Assembly: GCA_041600695.1 (NCBI GenBank)
Contig: JBFIJP010000003.1
Location: forward strand, 1-34,707
Reading direction: 5' to 3'
Length of the DNA: 34,707 nt
Source of the DNA: Thermoplasmatota archaeon
GTDB taxonomy: Archaea; Thermoplasmatota; E2; JACPAO01; JAHFTW01
Program-made: the position numbers and the translations under genes
Notes under the pieces: model-generated
The model's input: the letters and a program-made list of their open reading frames with translations, nothing else
Databases searched by the model: none
Told to the model about the DNA's origin: nothing
Shown here: piece by piece, positions 26,622 to 34,707 of the stretch
Position numbering within the stretch: position 1 is the stretch's first letter
Layout of the letters: the number at the start of each line of letters is the position of its first letter

Positions 26622-28457
26622 ATGCTGGACATCAAGCTCTTGCGCGAAACGCCCGAAGTGGTCAAAGCCGACCTGCGCAAGCGCGGGTGGGATCCAGCCC
26701 TGGTAGATCACTTCATCAAATGGGACAACACCTGGCGTGCCGCATCCACAGAAATCAATGAAGCCCGGGCGGAGAGGAACGCCGTGGCCAAGGCTTATGG
26801 TCCTTTAATGGGCCGTTTCAAAAAGTTTGACAACTTGGCAACCGCTCTTCAGGCGAACATATCCGTCGTGAATAGCTACCTCCAATTCAACAAGGAAGCC
26901 GGGCCCGTGGCGAGATGGCTAATGGCAAACCGAAAGCGACGTGCGGCGATGCTGGCTGCCGTGGATTTCTGCGTTGCATTCGCCCGCGTCGGTGAAGCCG
27001 CGAAGGCCTACGATGAGCAGTTTCACCAGTTCTTCCAGGCGGTGGGAAAGGACCGCGGCGTGGCCTTGCAGCGCTCGGACGACGGTTTGTTTGCTAGCCT
27101 AGACGAAAAACTTGAGCACGCAGAAACGCTGCGCCTGAATTGCGTCGACTATGCGTCAATCAAAAAACCGACCGAGGAACAAATAAATCGTCACATACAA
27201 AATATCCTTTCCAGTCCGCTGTGGCCTGCCGACGATCTTTGGACGCTCATTTCAGAAATCCGTGCTCGCCACGATGCGCCCCACGACCTTGCAAGTTCCA
27301 CGACTGCGCGTGTAAAGGACCTGGATAGAACACTTGCAGAGTCGCAGCGTGAGTGGTGGGCCATCCGGCGACGCCTTCCAAACATCATGCACGACTCTGT
27401 GCCTGTGGGGAAGGATGATCGTGACAATGTGCCGATTAAGTTCGAAGGAACCGCCCGCGTGCACGATTTCCCGGCGGTCAGCCACGTGGACCTCCTCGAA
27501 AGCCTTGACGTGGCGGATCTCGAACGCGCTGCCCGCGCCGCAGGGGCGCGGTTCGTCTACCTGAAGGGCGACTTGGTTCTCCTGGCCAAGGCGCTGGAGT
27601 TCTTCGCGCTCACCAAGCTGACCGGCAAGGGTTTCACCCCCGTAGAACCGCCGTTCATGCTGCGCCGGGAGGCCATCGAGGGAGCCGTGGACCTGTCCGA
27701 CTTCGAGGACGTGATCTACAAGGTCGAGGCCGGGGCGGGGGCTGGAAAAGACGATGCCCCGGAGCTGTTCCTGATCGCCACCAGCGAGCACCCTCTGGCG
27801 GCGCTGCACATGGGCGAGATCTTCGAGGACGCCCAGCTTCCCCTGCGCTACGCTGGCGTTAGCCCGTGCTTCCGCAAGGAGGCCGGCGCCCACGGCAAAG
27901 ACACCAAGGGCATCTTTCGGGTCCACCAGTTCAGCAAGGTCGAGCAATTCGTTTACTGTACGGCTGAGGACTCCTGGGCCATCCACGAGGAACTCATTGC
28001 CAACGCCGAGGAGATTTACCGGGAACTCGGCATTCCGTACCGCGTCGTCAACATCTGTACCGGCGATCTGGGCACCGTGGCGGCCAAGAAATACGACATC
28101 GAGGCGTGGATGCCGGTGCAGGGCGCCTACCGCGAGGTGGTGAGTTGCTCCAACTGCACCGACTACCAGGCTCGGCGCTACAATACCCGCCACCGCAAAG
28201 CCCCGGGCGAGCCCACATCGTTCGTTCACACCCTCAACTCGACGGCGGTCGCGGTCCAGCGCACACTCGTGGCCATCCTGGAGAACTTCCAGCAAGCCGA
28301 TGGTTCGGTGATGATTCCCGAGCCGCTGCGCCAGTACCTGGGTGGCCGTGACCGGATCCGTCCCGCCGTGGCCCCCCGGGCCGCTGAGCCCGACGAGGCG
28401 GCCGGTGAGCCGGAAGCAGTTGCTCAAGCCTCCAAGCCCGCACCGCCTTCATCCTAG
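26622..28457 (+). CDS. serS: serine--tRNA ligase (canonical type) with a large in-frame insertion in the N-terminal coiled-coil arm
   Basis: MLDIKLLRE, LPNIMHDSVPVG, LIATSEHPL, motif 2 FRKEAGAHGKDTKGIFRVHQFSKVE, EVVSCSNCTDYQARR, motif 3 TLNSTAVAVQRT. Confidence 0.96.
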   Translation: MLDIKLLRETPEVVKADLRKRGWDPALVDHFIKWDNTWRAASTEINEARAERNAVAKAYGPLMGRFKKFDNLATALQANISVVNSYLQFNKEAGPVARWLMANRKRRAAMLAAVDFCVAFARVGEAAKAYDEQFHQFFQAVGKDRGVALQRSDDGLFASLDEKLEHAETLRLNCVDYASIKKPTEEQINRHIQNILSSPLWPADDLWTLISEIRARHDAPHDLASSTTARVKDLDRTLAESQREWWAIRRRLPNIMHDSVPVGKDDRDNVPIKFEGTARVHDFPAVSHVDLLESLDVADLERAARAAGARFVYLKGDLVLLAKALEFFALTKLTGKGFTPVEPPFMLRREAIEGAVDLSDFEDVIYKVEAGAGAGKDDAPELFLIATSEHPLAALHMGEIFEDAQLPLRYAGVSPCFRKEAGAHGKDTKGIFRVHQFSKVEQFVYCTAEDSWAIHEELIANAEEIYRELGIPYRVVNICTGDLGTVAAKKYDIEAWMPVQGAYREVVSCSNCTDYQARRYNTRHRKAPGEPTSFVHTLNSTAVAVQRTLVAILENFQQADGSVMIPEPLRQYLGGRDRIRPAVAPRAAEPDEAAGEPEAVAQASKPAPPSS

Positions 28458-28672
28458 CCCGCGGCATCACGGCCGGTACCCGCGGGGGGCCCACGTCGGC
28501 GCCTGCTTCCGGCTTGCAACGTCCCGCGTGCAGCCTCGGGGTTGCCCCACGCACCCCGCTCCCAGCGTTGCGCAGGCGCCAGCCGGCGGGTGCAAGTGAG
28601 GCCACGATCGGGGTTCTAGTGAAGGAACGTGATGATTGCCCCAGCCGACCTGGTTCGGCGTGAGGATTGAAC

Positions 28673-29203
28673 ATGAACAAACACACGATCGCATGGACTA
28701 CCGTCGCTTTCTTGGCGGCGACGCTCGTTCCGGCGGCTCCCGCGGCTGCCGATGGAATCGACGGCGATTGCCGCGGCTATGATGTCTTTGGACTGGAAGT
28801 TGGCGGCGGCTTGCCGACCACGGGCCTCCTGCGCCTCGCTTGCCTCTCGGCACGCGCAGAATGCATCGACGACGATGTGGGCGAGGTTTGCAGGGCCGGG
28901 GCCGGGGTTACCTCCATCATTGGCGCTGGTTTCTGCCACCGCCCGGCAGGACCCCTGCCGCCACCGGCCGCTGCCGCCTGTGGCGGTGCCCTCGACACAG
29001 CCGGCGCTCTGCTGGCCTTCACGGGATGCACGGATACGGTCCCGGTGGGCGACCACCGAATCGTGCCGGGTGGATTTGCAAGGGTGCGCCAGACCGACGA
29101 TGGCATCATCGTGATCCAGGTGGTCGCCGACTGCGGCCAATGGGATGGTCAATGCACCTTCACGGTCCTGCCCGACGGACGCACCCTGCAAAGTTGCAAC
29201 TAG
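28673..29203 (+). CDS. hypothetical Cys-rich secreted protein
   Basis: Signal peptide ending PAAA; 10 Cys in the mature part. Confidence 0.7.
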   Translation: MNKHTIAWTTVAFLAATLVPAAPAAADGIDGDCRGYDVFGLEVGGGLPTTGLLRLACLSARAECIDDDVGEVCRAGAGVTSIIGAGFCHRPAGPLPPPAAAACGGALDTAGALLAFTGCTDTVPVGDHRIVPGGFARVRQTDDGIIVIQVVADCGQWDGQCTFTVLPDGRTLQSCN

Positions 29204-29387
29204 AAACCGCTGCGGGCAACGGCGCAACCCCCGCCCGCGCCCCGGTTGGCATTTCTCCTTCGCCTTCCATCTCTGGCTTTTTGTCGGGCCCTATCGGATT
29301 CGTGGGTCGGGTGCGGGTACGGCTCGGGGCGCTGGCCGACGCTGGGTTCAGGAATTCGGCGCCGGTGCCGATCGGGGCCGCGGAGGC

Positions 29388-29861
29388 TCAGGACCGGGAG
29401 CCCAAGTCGCGCCGCATCGGCTTGTTGCGCTCGAACAACTCAAGCTCCTGGAGGTACCGCCGTCGCTTGACGAGGGCTGCCTTGACGGCATCAAGGACGT
29501 GCGCCTCGTTGAACGGCTTGACGAAGAAATTCTGGATTTCGGCTTCCTCGAGCGCTCGGGTGGCCGCGGCCAGTTGCGGGTAGGCGGTCATCAGGATGCG
29601 GGGTACACCGGGCTTGAGTTCACGCGCCTGCGTCAGGAATTCAAGCCCATCCATGCCGGGCATCTTGTAGTCCGACAGGACCACATCGATGTCCTCTGCG
29701 GCGAGGATTTTGAGGCCCGCGGCGCCCGATGTTGCAGTGCGGATCTGCGCGCCTTGCATGCTTGATTCAAACAGGCTGGCGAGGCCGTCGAGGATATCCT
29801 GTTCGTCGTCAATGATCAGGATGGAGTCGACGCGCGGGCGCAGGTCGCTAAGCTTGGACAT
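29388..29861 (-). CDS. single-domain response regulator (receiver)
   Basis: ILIIDDE, VVLSDYKMPGMDG, ILMTAY, FVKPF. Confidence 0.92.
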   Translation of the reverse strand: MSKLSDLRPRVDSILIIDDEQDILDGLASLFESSMQGAQIRTATSGAAGLKILAAEDIDVVLSDYKMPGMDGLEFLTQARELKPGVPRILMTAYPQLAAATRALEEAEIQNFFVKPFNEAHVLDAVKAALVKRRRYLQELELFERNKPMRRDLGSRS

Positions 29862-29961
29862 GATGCCTCGGTGGCGGGGCCAAGGGAACTTGTCCCCGGC
29901 CTTGTCTTTAAACCCTCGGCCAGGGGGGCGTCGCTTGCTTCTGGGAACCACCCGGCCGCGG

Positions 29962-30010
29962 GGCCGCCAGGCTGGTGAGGCCGCTAGGCTGGTGAGGCCG
30001 CCCAGGTGGA
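29962..30010. repeat. 17 bp tandem repeat GGCCGCYAGGCTGGTGA, two copies plus a degenerate third
   Basis: Units start at 29962, 29979 and 29996. Confidence 0.7.
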
Positions 30011-30036
30011 AACGGTCCAGGCCCGATCGATGGCCT

Positions 30037-30906
30037 TCAGATCATGGCCCGGAGGCGCTTGACCCGCTCCTCGGTGGACGGGTGGGTGCTGAACATCTTG
30101 CTCATCGCACCGCCCCGGAAGGGGTTGACGATGAACAGGCTCGCCGTGGACACGTTGGCGTCCCGATCGGACAGGGGGTGGCCCTTGGCGATGTGCTCCA
30201 TCTTCTCCAGGGCCTGGGCAAGCGCCCAGGGTTTGCCACTGATCTGGGCGCCAACGGCGTCCGCCTTGAATTCACGCTGGCGGCTGATGGCCATCTGCAC
30301 GACGATGGCCACGATGGGAGCCAGGATCATGAACGCCACACCGAGCACCATGGTCACCGGGTTGCGGTTCTCGCCGCCGCCACCGAACAGGGCACCCCAG
30401 AACAACATGCGCGCCGCGAAGGTGATGGCGCCAGCAACGGTGGCCGCGAGGCTCATGATGAGCATGTCGCGGTCCTTGATGTGGGCAATCTCGTGAGCCA
30501 TGACGCCCTCCAGTTCGTCGTCGTTGAGCATCCGCATGATGCCCTCCGTGGCTGCGACAACGGCGTGCTTGGGGTTGCGGCCAGTGGCAAAGGCGTTGGG
30601 GACAGCCATCGGAATGATGGCAACCTGGGGCATGGGTAGCCCAGCCTGGCGGCGCACCCGGTCAACGATGGCGTAGAGGCGGGGGGCCTCGTTGGGGCCC
30701 ACGATCTTCGCCTTGTAGCTCCACAGGACGAACTTGTGGCTCCAGAAGTACATGCCCAGGTTCAACGCCGCGGCAAACAAGCCGAAGAGAACCATGGCGC
30801 TGATCGGGTCGTTGGCATAGCCGTAACCTGCCAACACCCAACCCCCGATCATGAACAGGCCAGTCAGGCCTCCCATTAGCAGCACGGTGCGAAAGGAGCT
30901 TCCCAT
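30037..30906 (-). CDS. htpX: zinc metalloprotease HtpX (M48)
   Basis: PNAFATGRNP, ELEGVMAHEIAH, ISRQREFKAD, FSTHPSTEERV. Confidence 0.95.
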   Translation of the reverse strand: MGSSFRTVLLMGGLTGLFMIGGWVLAGYGYANDPISAMVLFGLFAAALNLGMYFWSHKFVLWSYKAKIVGPNEAPRLYAIVDRVRRQAGLPMPQVAIIPMAVPNAFATGRNPKHAVVAATEGIMRMLNDDELEGVMAHEIAHIKDRDMLIMSLAATVAGAITFAARMLFWGALFGGGGENRNPVTMVLGVAFMILAPIVAIVVQMAISRQREFKADAVGAQISGKPWALAQALEKMEHIAKGHPLSDRDANVSTASLFIVNPFRGGAMSKMFSTHPSTEERVKRLRAMI

Positions 30907-30935
30907 GGAGGACACGCTCCGGCGTGAGCATGCGG

Positions 30936-30942
30936 ATAAAAA
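30936..30942 (-). promoter_or_regulatory. archaeal TATA box of htpX
   Basis: TTTTTAT about 30 nt upstream of ATG 30906 in GC-rich surroundings. Confidence 0.6.
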
Positions 30943-30967
30943 GGCCTTGCGGAGGCATCGCTCGTGG

Positions 30968-31360
30968 CTAGGTGGTGCGGTGGGCGCGGCCGGGCAGGAA
31001 ACGCTCCAGTGCTTCGAGAACGGCCTTGGGCTCCGGTCGGCGCAGCCAGCGTGCAGGGGGCTGATCGCAACTGTCCGGGTGCGCGGCGCTGCACAAGACG
31101 AGGCGGGGCACGCCCCGCAGGAGTCCGCCGGCGTCATCCAGGAAGTCCACGCCGCCGCCGTCGGGCAGGTGTTCGTTGACCACCACCACGTCCACGGGCC
31201 GGTCCTCCAGCAACTGGATGGCCTCGCGCCCGGTGGCCGCGGACCACACCATGAGGTCATCGAGGTGCGCCGACAAGTAGTCCGTCAGGGTTTGCCTGGC
31301 CCCGGCTTCTCCCTCGACGACGAGCACCGCGTTCGGGTTGCCGGGGGCGGACAGAAGCAT
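30968..31360 (-). CDS. degenerate (pseudo-)receiver domain protein
   Basis: Receiver-like pattern VLVVEGE..AATGREAIQLL..VDVVVVNEHLPDGGG; the phosphoacceptor Asp position holds Asn. Confidence 0.65.
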   Translation of the reverse strand: MLLSAPGNPNAVLVVEGEAGARQTLTDYLSAHLDDLMVWSAATGREAIQLLEDRPVDVVVVNEHLPDGGGVDFLDDAGGLLRGVPRLVLCSAAHPDSCDQPPARWLRRPEPKAVLEALERFLPGRAHRTT

Positions 31361-31503
31361 GGTGCGCCGTACAATCCCCAAGTTACCAAAGGTGTGCCGG
31401 AAGGGGCATCATGGTGACAAGGTGGTTTCCTCCCCCAGCGTACAAGGTTAGGTCTTGGGGGGCGTACAAGTGCACGGTGCCACGCGGCCGAGTGGCGGCG
31501 AGC

Positions 31504-33702
31504 ATGCCAGCCGAGGCACGGGACTCTGCCGGATTTCGACTCGTCGTGGTCATCTTCACCGGGCTATCCTACGCGGCCCTTGGCACGCCCGGCGCCCGAC
31601 CCTGGATGGCCGTCGGGTTGCTGGGGGTAGGGGCGGCGTATGCGTTGCTGTGGTTGCTTCCCGCCTGGCGCTCCGTGGCGTGGCGTCAGCCAGCGGTGTC
31701 GGCTGCCGCCGATGGCTTGCTCATCCTGGTATGGGTGCAGGTTACGGGCGGGTTTGGGTCGCCTTTCTTCGTGCTTTGGTTCGTGGCTGCTGCCAGTCTG
31801 CTGGGCTGGAACTGGAGGCCGGCGGTTCTTGCAAGCGGAGCCTTTGCCTCCAGCTATCTGCTGCTTTTGGCGTTGCGAGGTGAGCTGCTTTCCAACGCAG
31901 CACCCGCCTTGGCACGTGCCGGCTTTATCGTGTTGGTGGCCGGTTTGGCTGGCCGCTGGGTGGCGGGGCCATCGGAGGCATCGCCGCTGCGCCTGCCGCG
32001 GACGCTGCGGCGGCTGGGCGCTGAAACCACCACGACCGGCGTGGCCCATGTGGTGGTCGGTGCCGCGGCTACCCTTCCGGGGGCGCGCGCAGCCGCGCTG
32101 CACCTCGCGCCGGTGGATGACCTTCGCACGGGCTTGGGGCCGCTGCGTTGTGCTGCCGCCCACGAATTGGCGCCCGGCGCCGAGCAGGCCCTGGCCCGGC
32201 TGTACTGGAACCGCCGCGAACGGGGCCTGGACGGATTCCGGCTGCTGGCGGCGCCAGGAGCGGAGCCGGACTTGGACGAGGCGGCGGCCGGCTGGGTCCT
32301 GGGGGTGCCTGTACACGAGGCGGAGCACGTGGTCGGTGTCCTCAGCATGGTTTTCGGCGCGCATGAACCGGACGCCGCCACGGTGGACGAACTGGAAACC
32401 CTGGCCACGATGGCGGCCGCAGCGATCCTGCGGGTGCGCACGCGGCGCGCCCTGGAGGAGCAGAAGGCACAATTCCAGCGGCTTTCGGAGGCAGCGCTTG
32501 AGGGCGTGGCGATCGTGGACGGCGGCCGGGTGGTCGAAGCCAATGCAGCGTTTTCGTCCCTGTTCGGGTACGCGCCCGAACAAATCGTTGGGGCGGACAT
32601 CCTTGACCTAGTGGAGGTGACGGGTCGGGGTGATCTGGCCAAGCTGCTGGCCGAGGGGGCGGGAGTCCCCCTGCGCCTGCCCGGCCAGGCCCGCGACGGC
32701 AGCCGGCTGCCCATCGAAGTCGTGGCCCGGGAATACCCGTACCAGCGGCACCGGGCGAGTGTTCTGGCGGTCCGGGACCTGACCGACCGCCTGCGCGCAG
32801 AGGCCGATCGGAAAGCCGCCGAGGAGCGACAGCGGGAAGTGGAACGATTGCAGGAAATCAGCCGCTTCCGCAGCAACCTCCTGAACGCGGCCAGCCACGA
32901 GTTGAAGACGCCCATCACCCCCCTGAAGCTGCAACTCCACCTGCTCAAGTCCGGCCGCCTGGGGGAACTGGCACCTCGCCAGGAGCGCGCCGTGGGCATC
33001 CTGGACCGAAACCTGAGCCGGCTCGAACAACTCGTGTCGGACGTTCTGGATGTGGCCCACCTGGAGAGTGGCAGGCTCATCCTGCGCAGCCGTCCCCTGG
33101 ACCTGAACCCCATGATCTTCGAGGCGGTGGAAACCTTCGACGAGGGTGCGCGCGAGGCCGGCGTCACGCTGGACGCCCACCTGCACGGCAGCATCTGGGT
33201 CAAGGCCGACCCGAGCCGCATCAGCCAGGTGCTCAACAACCTGCTCTCCAATGCGCTCAAGTTCACGCCTCGCGGCGGCCGCATCCTGGTGCGCAGTGGC
33301 CTGGCCGACGGAGAGGAGGGGCTTGATGCCTGGGTGCGCGTGGAGGACACCGGGATTGGCCTGGCGCCGGACCAGATCAAGCGGCTGTTCCAGCCCTTCA
33401 GCCAGGTCCATGACATGATGCAAACCAGTCAGCCCGGCACAGGCCTGGGCCTCTACATTTCCCGCGGCATCGTGGAACGGCACGGCGGCGTCATCGCCTG
33501 CGAGAGCGGCGGCCGGGGCCTGGGCACCACGTTTCGGTTCACGCTTCCCCGGGCCAGCGCAGAACCGCCGCCTGCGGGGCCCGCGCAACCGGCATCCGCG
33601 CCGCTGGTGGAGAGTGCTGTGCGGGCGTCTGGGTCACGGGTCTCGGAAGGCGCCCGCCCCGGTTGGCGAGGGGACTCGGAAGGGCCGCGGCCGCCTGCCT
33701 GA
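31504..33702 (+). CDS. membrane sensor histidine kinase (TM region, GAF-like, PAS, HisKA, HATPase)
   Basis: H-box ASHELKTPIT, N-box QVLNNLLSNALKFT, G1 VEDTGIG, F-box LFQPF, G2 GTGLGL; PAS ANAAFSSLFGY. Confidence 0.93.
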   Translation: MPAEARDSAGFRLVVVIFTGLSYAALGTPGARPWMAVGLLGVGAAYALLWLLPAWRSVAWRQPAVSAAADGLLILVWVQVTGGFGSPFFVLWFVAAASLLGWNWRPAVLASGAFASSYLLLLALRGELLSNAAPALARAGFIVLVAGLAGRWVAGPSEASPLRLPRTLRRLGAETTTTGVAHVVVGAAATLPGARAAALHLAPVDDLRTGLGPLRCAAAHELAPGAEQALARLYWNRRERGLDGFRLLAAPGAEPDLDEAAAGWVLGVPVHEAEHVVGVLSMVFGAHEPDAATVDELETLATMAAAAILRVRTRRALEEQKAQFQRLSEAALEGVAIVDGGRVVEANAAFSSLFGYAPEQIVGADILDLVEVTGRGDLAKLLAEGAGVPLRLPGQARDGSRLPIEVVAREYPYQRHRASVLAVRDLTDRLRAEADRKAAEERQREVERLQEISRFRSNLLNAASHELKTPITPLKLQLHLLKSGRLGELAPRQERAVGILDRNLSRLEQLVSDVLDVAHLESGRLILRSRPLDLNPMIFEAVETFDEGAREAGVTLDAHLHGSIWVKADPSRISQVLNNLLSNALKFTPRGGRILVRSGLADGEEGLDAWVRVEDTGIGLAPDQIKRLFQPFSQVHDMMQTSQPGTGLGLYISRGIVERHGGVIACESGGRGLGTTFRFTLPRASAEPPPAGPAQPASAPLVESAVRASGSRVSEGARPGWRGDSEGPRPPA

Positions 33703-33759
33703 ACGCAGCGCCCGGCCGGGGCGGGGAGCCCTTATCCGAGAGGATGCCAGGTGTCAGGC

Positions 33760-34314
33760 ATGGCCCACGTGCCGTTGCCTGACGCCGACACAACTGCGGG
33801 CCACGCCCGGGAAGTCCTGCTGGGGGCCGAGCGCCGCTGGGGGTTCGCACCCAACATCGTCCGCGCGCTGGCGCTGTGCCCCGACATCCTTGCAGCAGAG
33901 GACCAGTGGTCCAGGGCGGTCATGTATGGTGGCCGGCTGCCGCGCCACCTCAAGGAGGCCGTGGCGACGGTAGTCAGCAGCGTCAACAGAACGCCGTATT
34001 GCATCGCCAGCCACGCCATGGCGGCGCGCCGGGAGGGGCTGGCACCGCAGCGCGTGGAGGCATGCCAGGCCCTGCACCTGGAGGAGTTCCCCGAGGCTGA
34101 GCGGGCGGCACTCGACTTCGCCCGCCGGGCCGCCGCCGATGCCCACGCCATCACTGCCCGCGATGTGGAGGCCCTGCGCGCGCATTATGACCCGGAGCAG
34201 GTGGTGGAGTTGGCTGCCGTCGTGGCCAGCTTCATGATGTACAACACCTTCGTGACGGTGCTGGGCATCGAGTTGGAGCCGGTTCACGCAGCGGGGTCCA
34301 CCGACGCGGGGTAG
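33760..34314 (+). CDS. AhpD/carboxymuconolactone decarboxylase family (peroxidase-related) protein
   Basis: WGFAPNIVRAL, LKEAVATVVSSVNRTPYCIASH, ERAALDFA, QVVEL...FMMYNTF. Confidence 0.85.
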   Translation: MAHVPLPDADTTAGHAREVLLGAERRWGFAPNIVRALALCPDILAAEDQWSRAVMYGGRLPRHLKEAVATVVSSVNRTPYCIASHAMAARREGLAPQRVEACQALHLEEFPEAERAALDFARRAAADAHAITARDVEALRAHYDPEQVVELAAVVASFMMYNTFVTVLGIELEPVHAAGSTDAG

Positions 34315-34358
34315 CCCGGACGCCCCATGGCACCGGCCCGGCGCTGGCCGGCAGCCGG

Positions 34359-34707
34359 TCAGGCGACCGGCGGAGACGATGCATCGGCCGTGGCCTGGGC
34401 GGCCGCCGACGAGGCCGCCGTGGTTGTCCGCTTGCGGGCGAAGTAGGCGGGAAGGCCCAGGGCCACCAGCCCGGACCCCAAGAGCGCATACGGCCGCTGC
34501 TCCGCCTGGCCGAGCATGCTGAACACAATGAACGTCGATACCAGCAGAAACAGGAGGGGTACGACCGGGTACAGTGGTGTGCGAAACGGCCGCTCCAGGT
34601 CGGGGGCGCGGCGCCGCAGGCGCAGGTAGGCCACTGTCGTCAGGGCATAGAAGGCCCACTGGATGAAGACCACCATGTACACGAGGCTCGCGTACAGTCC
34701 CGTCGTC
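34359..34707 (-). CDS. APC-family amino acid permease, C-terminal part (runs off the window)
   Basis: LRRRAPDLERPFRTPLYPVVPLLF...GLPAY signature. Confidence 0.85.
   Translation of the reverse strand, partial: TTGLYASLVYMVVFIQWAFYALTTVAYLRLRRRAPDLERPFRTPLYPVVPLLFLLVSTFIVFSMLGQAEQRPYALLGSGLVALGLPAYFARKRTTTAASSAAAQATADASSPPVA

Noticed and set aside
26800-27300. Intein in serS
   Set aside because: No intein N-terminal block, no terminal His-Asn followed by Cys/Ser/Thr, and no endonuclease motif.
31564-33588. Several long minus-strand ORFs (339, 520 and 326 aa)
   Set aside because: Antisense shadows of the histidine kinase with no recognisable motifs.

Overview
GC-rich archaeal genomic segment. 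An archaeal-type uS15, a DHH/RecJ-like gene, KEOPS Pcc1, serS, a COG2108-like radical SAM gene and TATA-like boxes about 22-30 nt upstream of several start codons all point to an archaeon; a high-GC Thermoplasmatota lineage is my inference. The left end carries a tandemly duplicated cassette: secreted metzincin peptidase, small lipoprotein, and the 3' end of a fatty-acid desaturase gene. Next come an HxlR regulator, two SBBP beta-propeller paralogues and a large membrane-anchored repeat protein (twin HTH-like repeats, five Cys/His modules, GGD linkers, PKD domain, poly-Gly). These are followed by serA, an ArsR-STAND-TPR regulator, the radical SAM gene and ybgA/ybjT-like genes. The rps15-DHH-Pcc1-serS block is interrupted by lipoprotein genes, has no rps3Ae, and its serS has an in-frame, low-GC insertion of about 150 aa. 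The right end has two-component genes, htpX, an AhpD-like gene and a partial APC permease. I saw no tRNA, rRNA, CRISPR array, integrase or transposase. All family assignments come from motif recognition by eye, not database searches.
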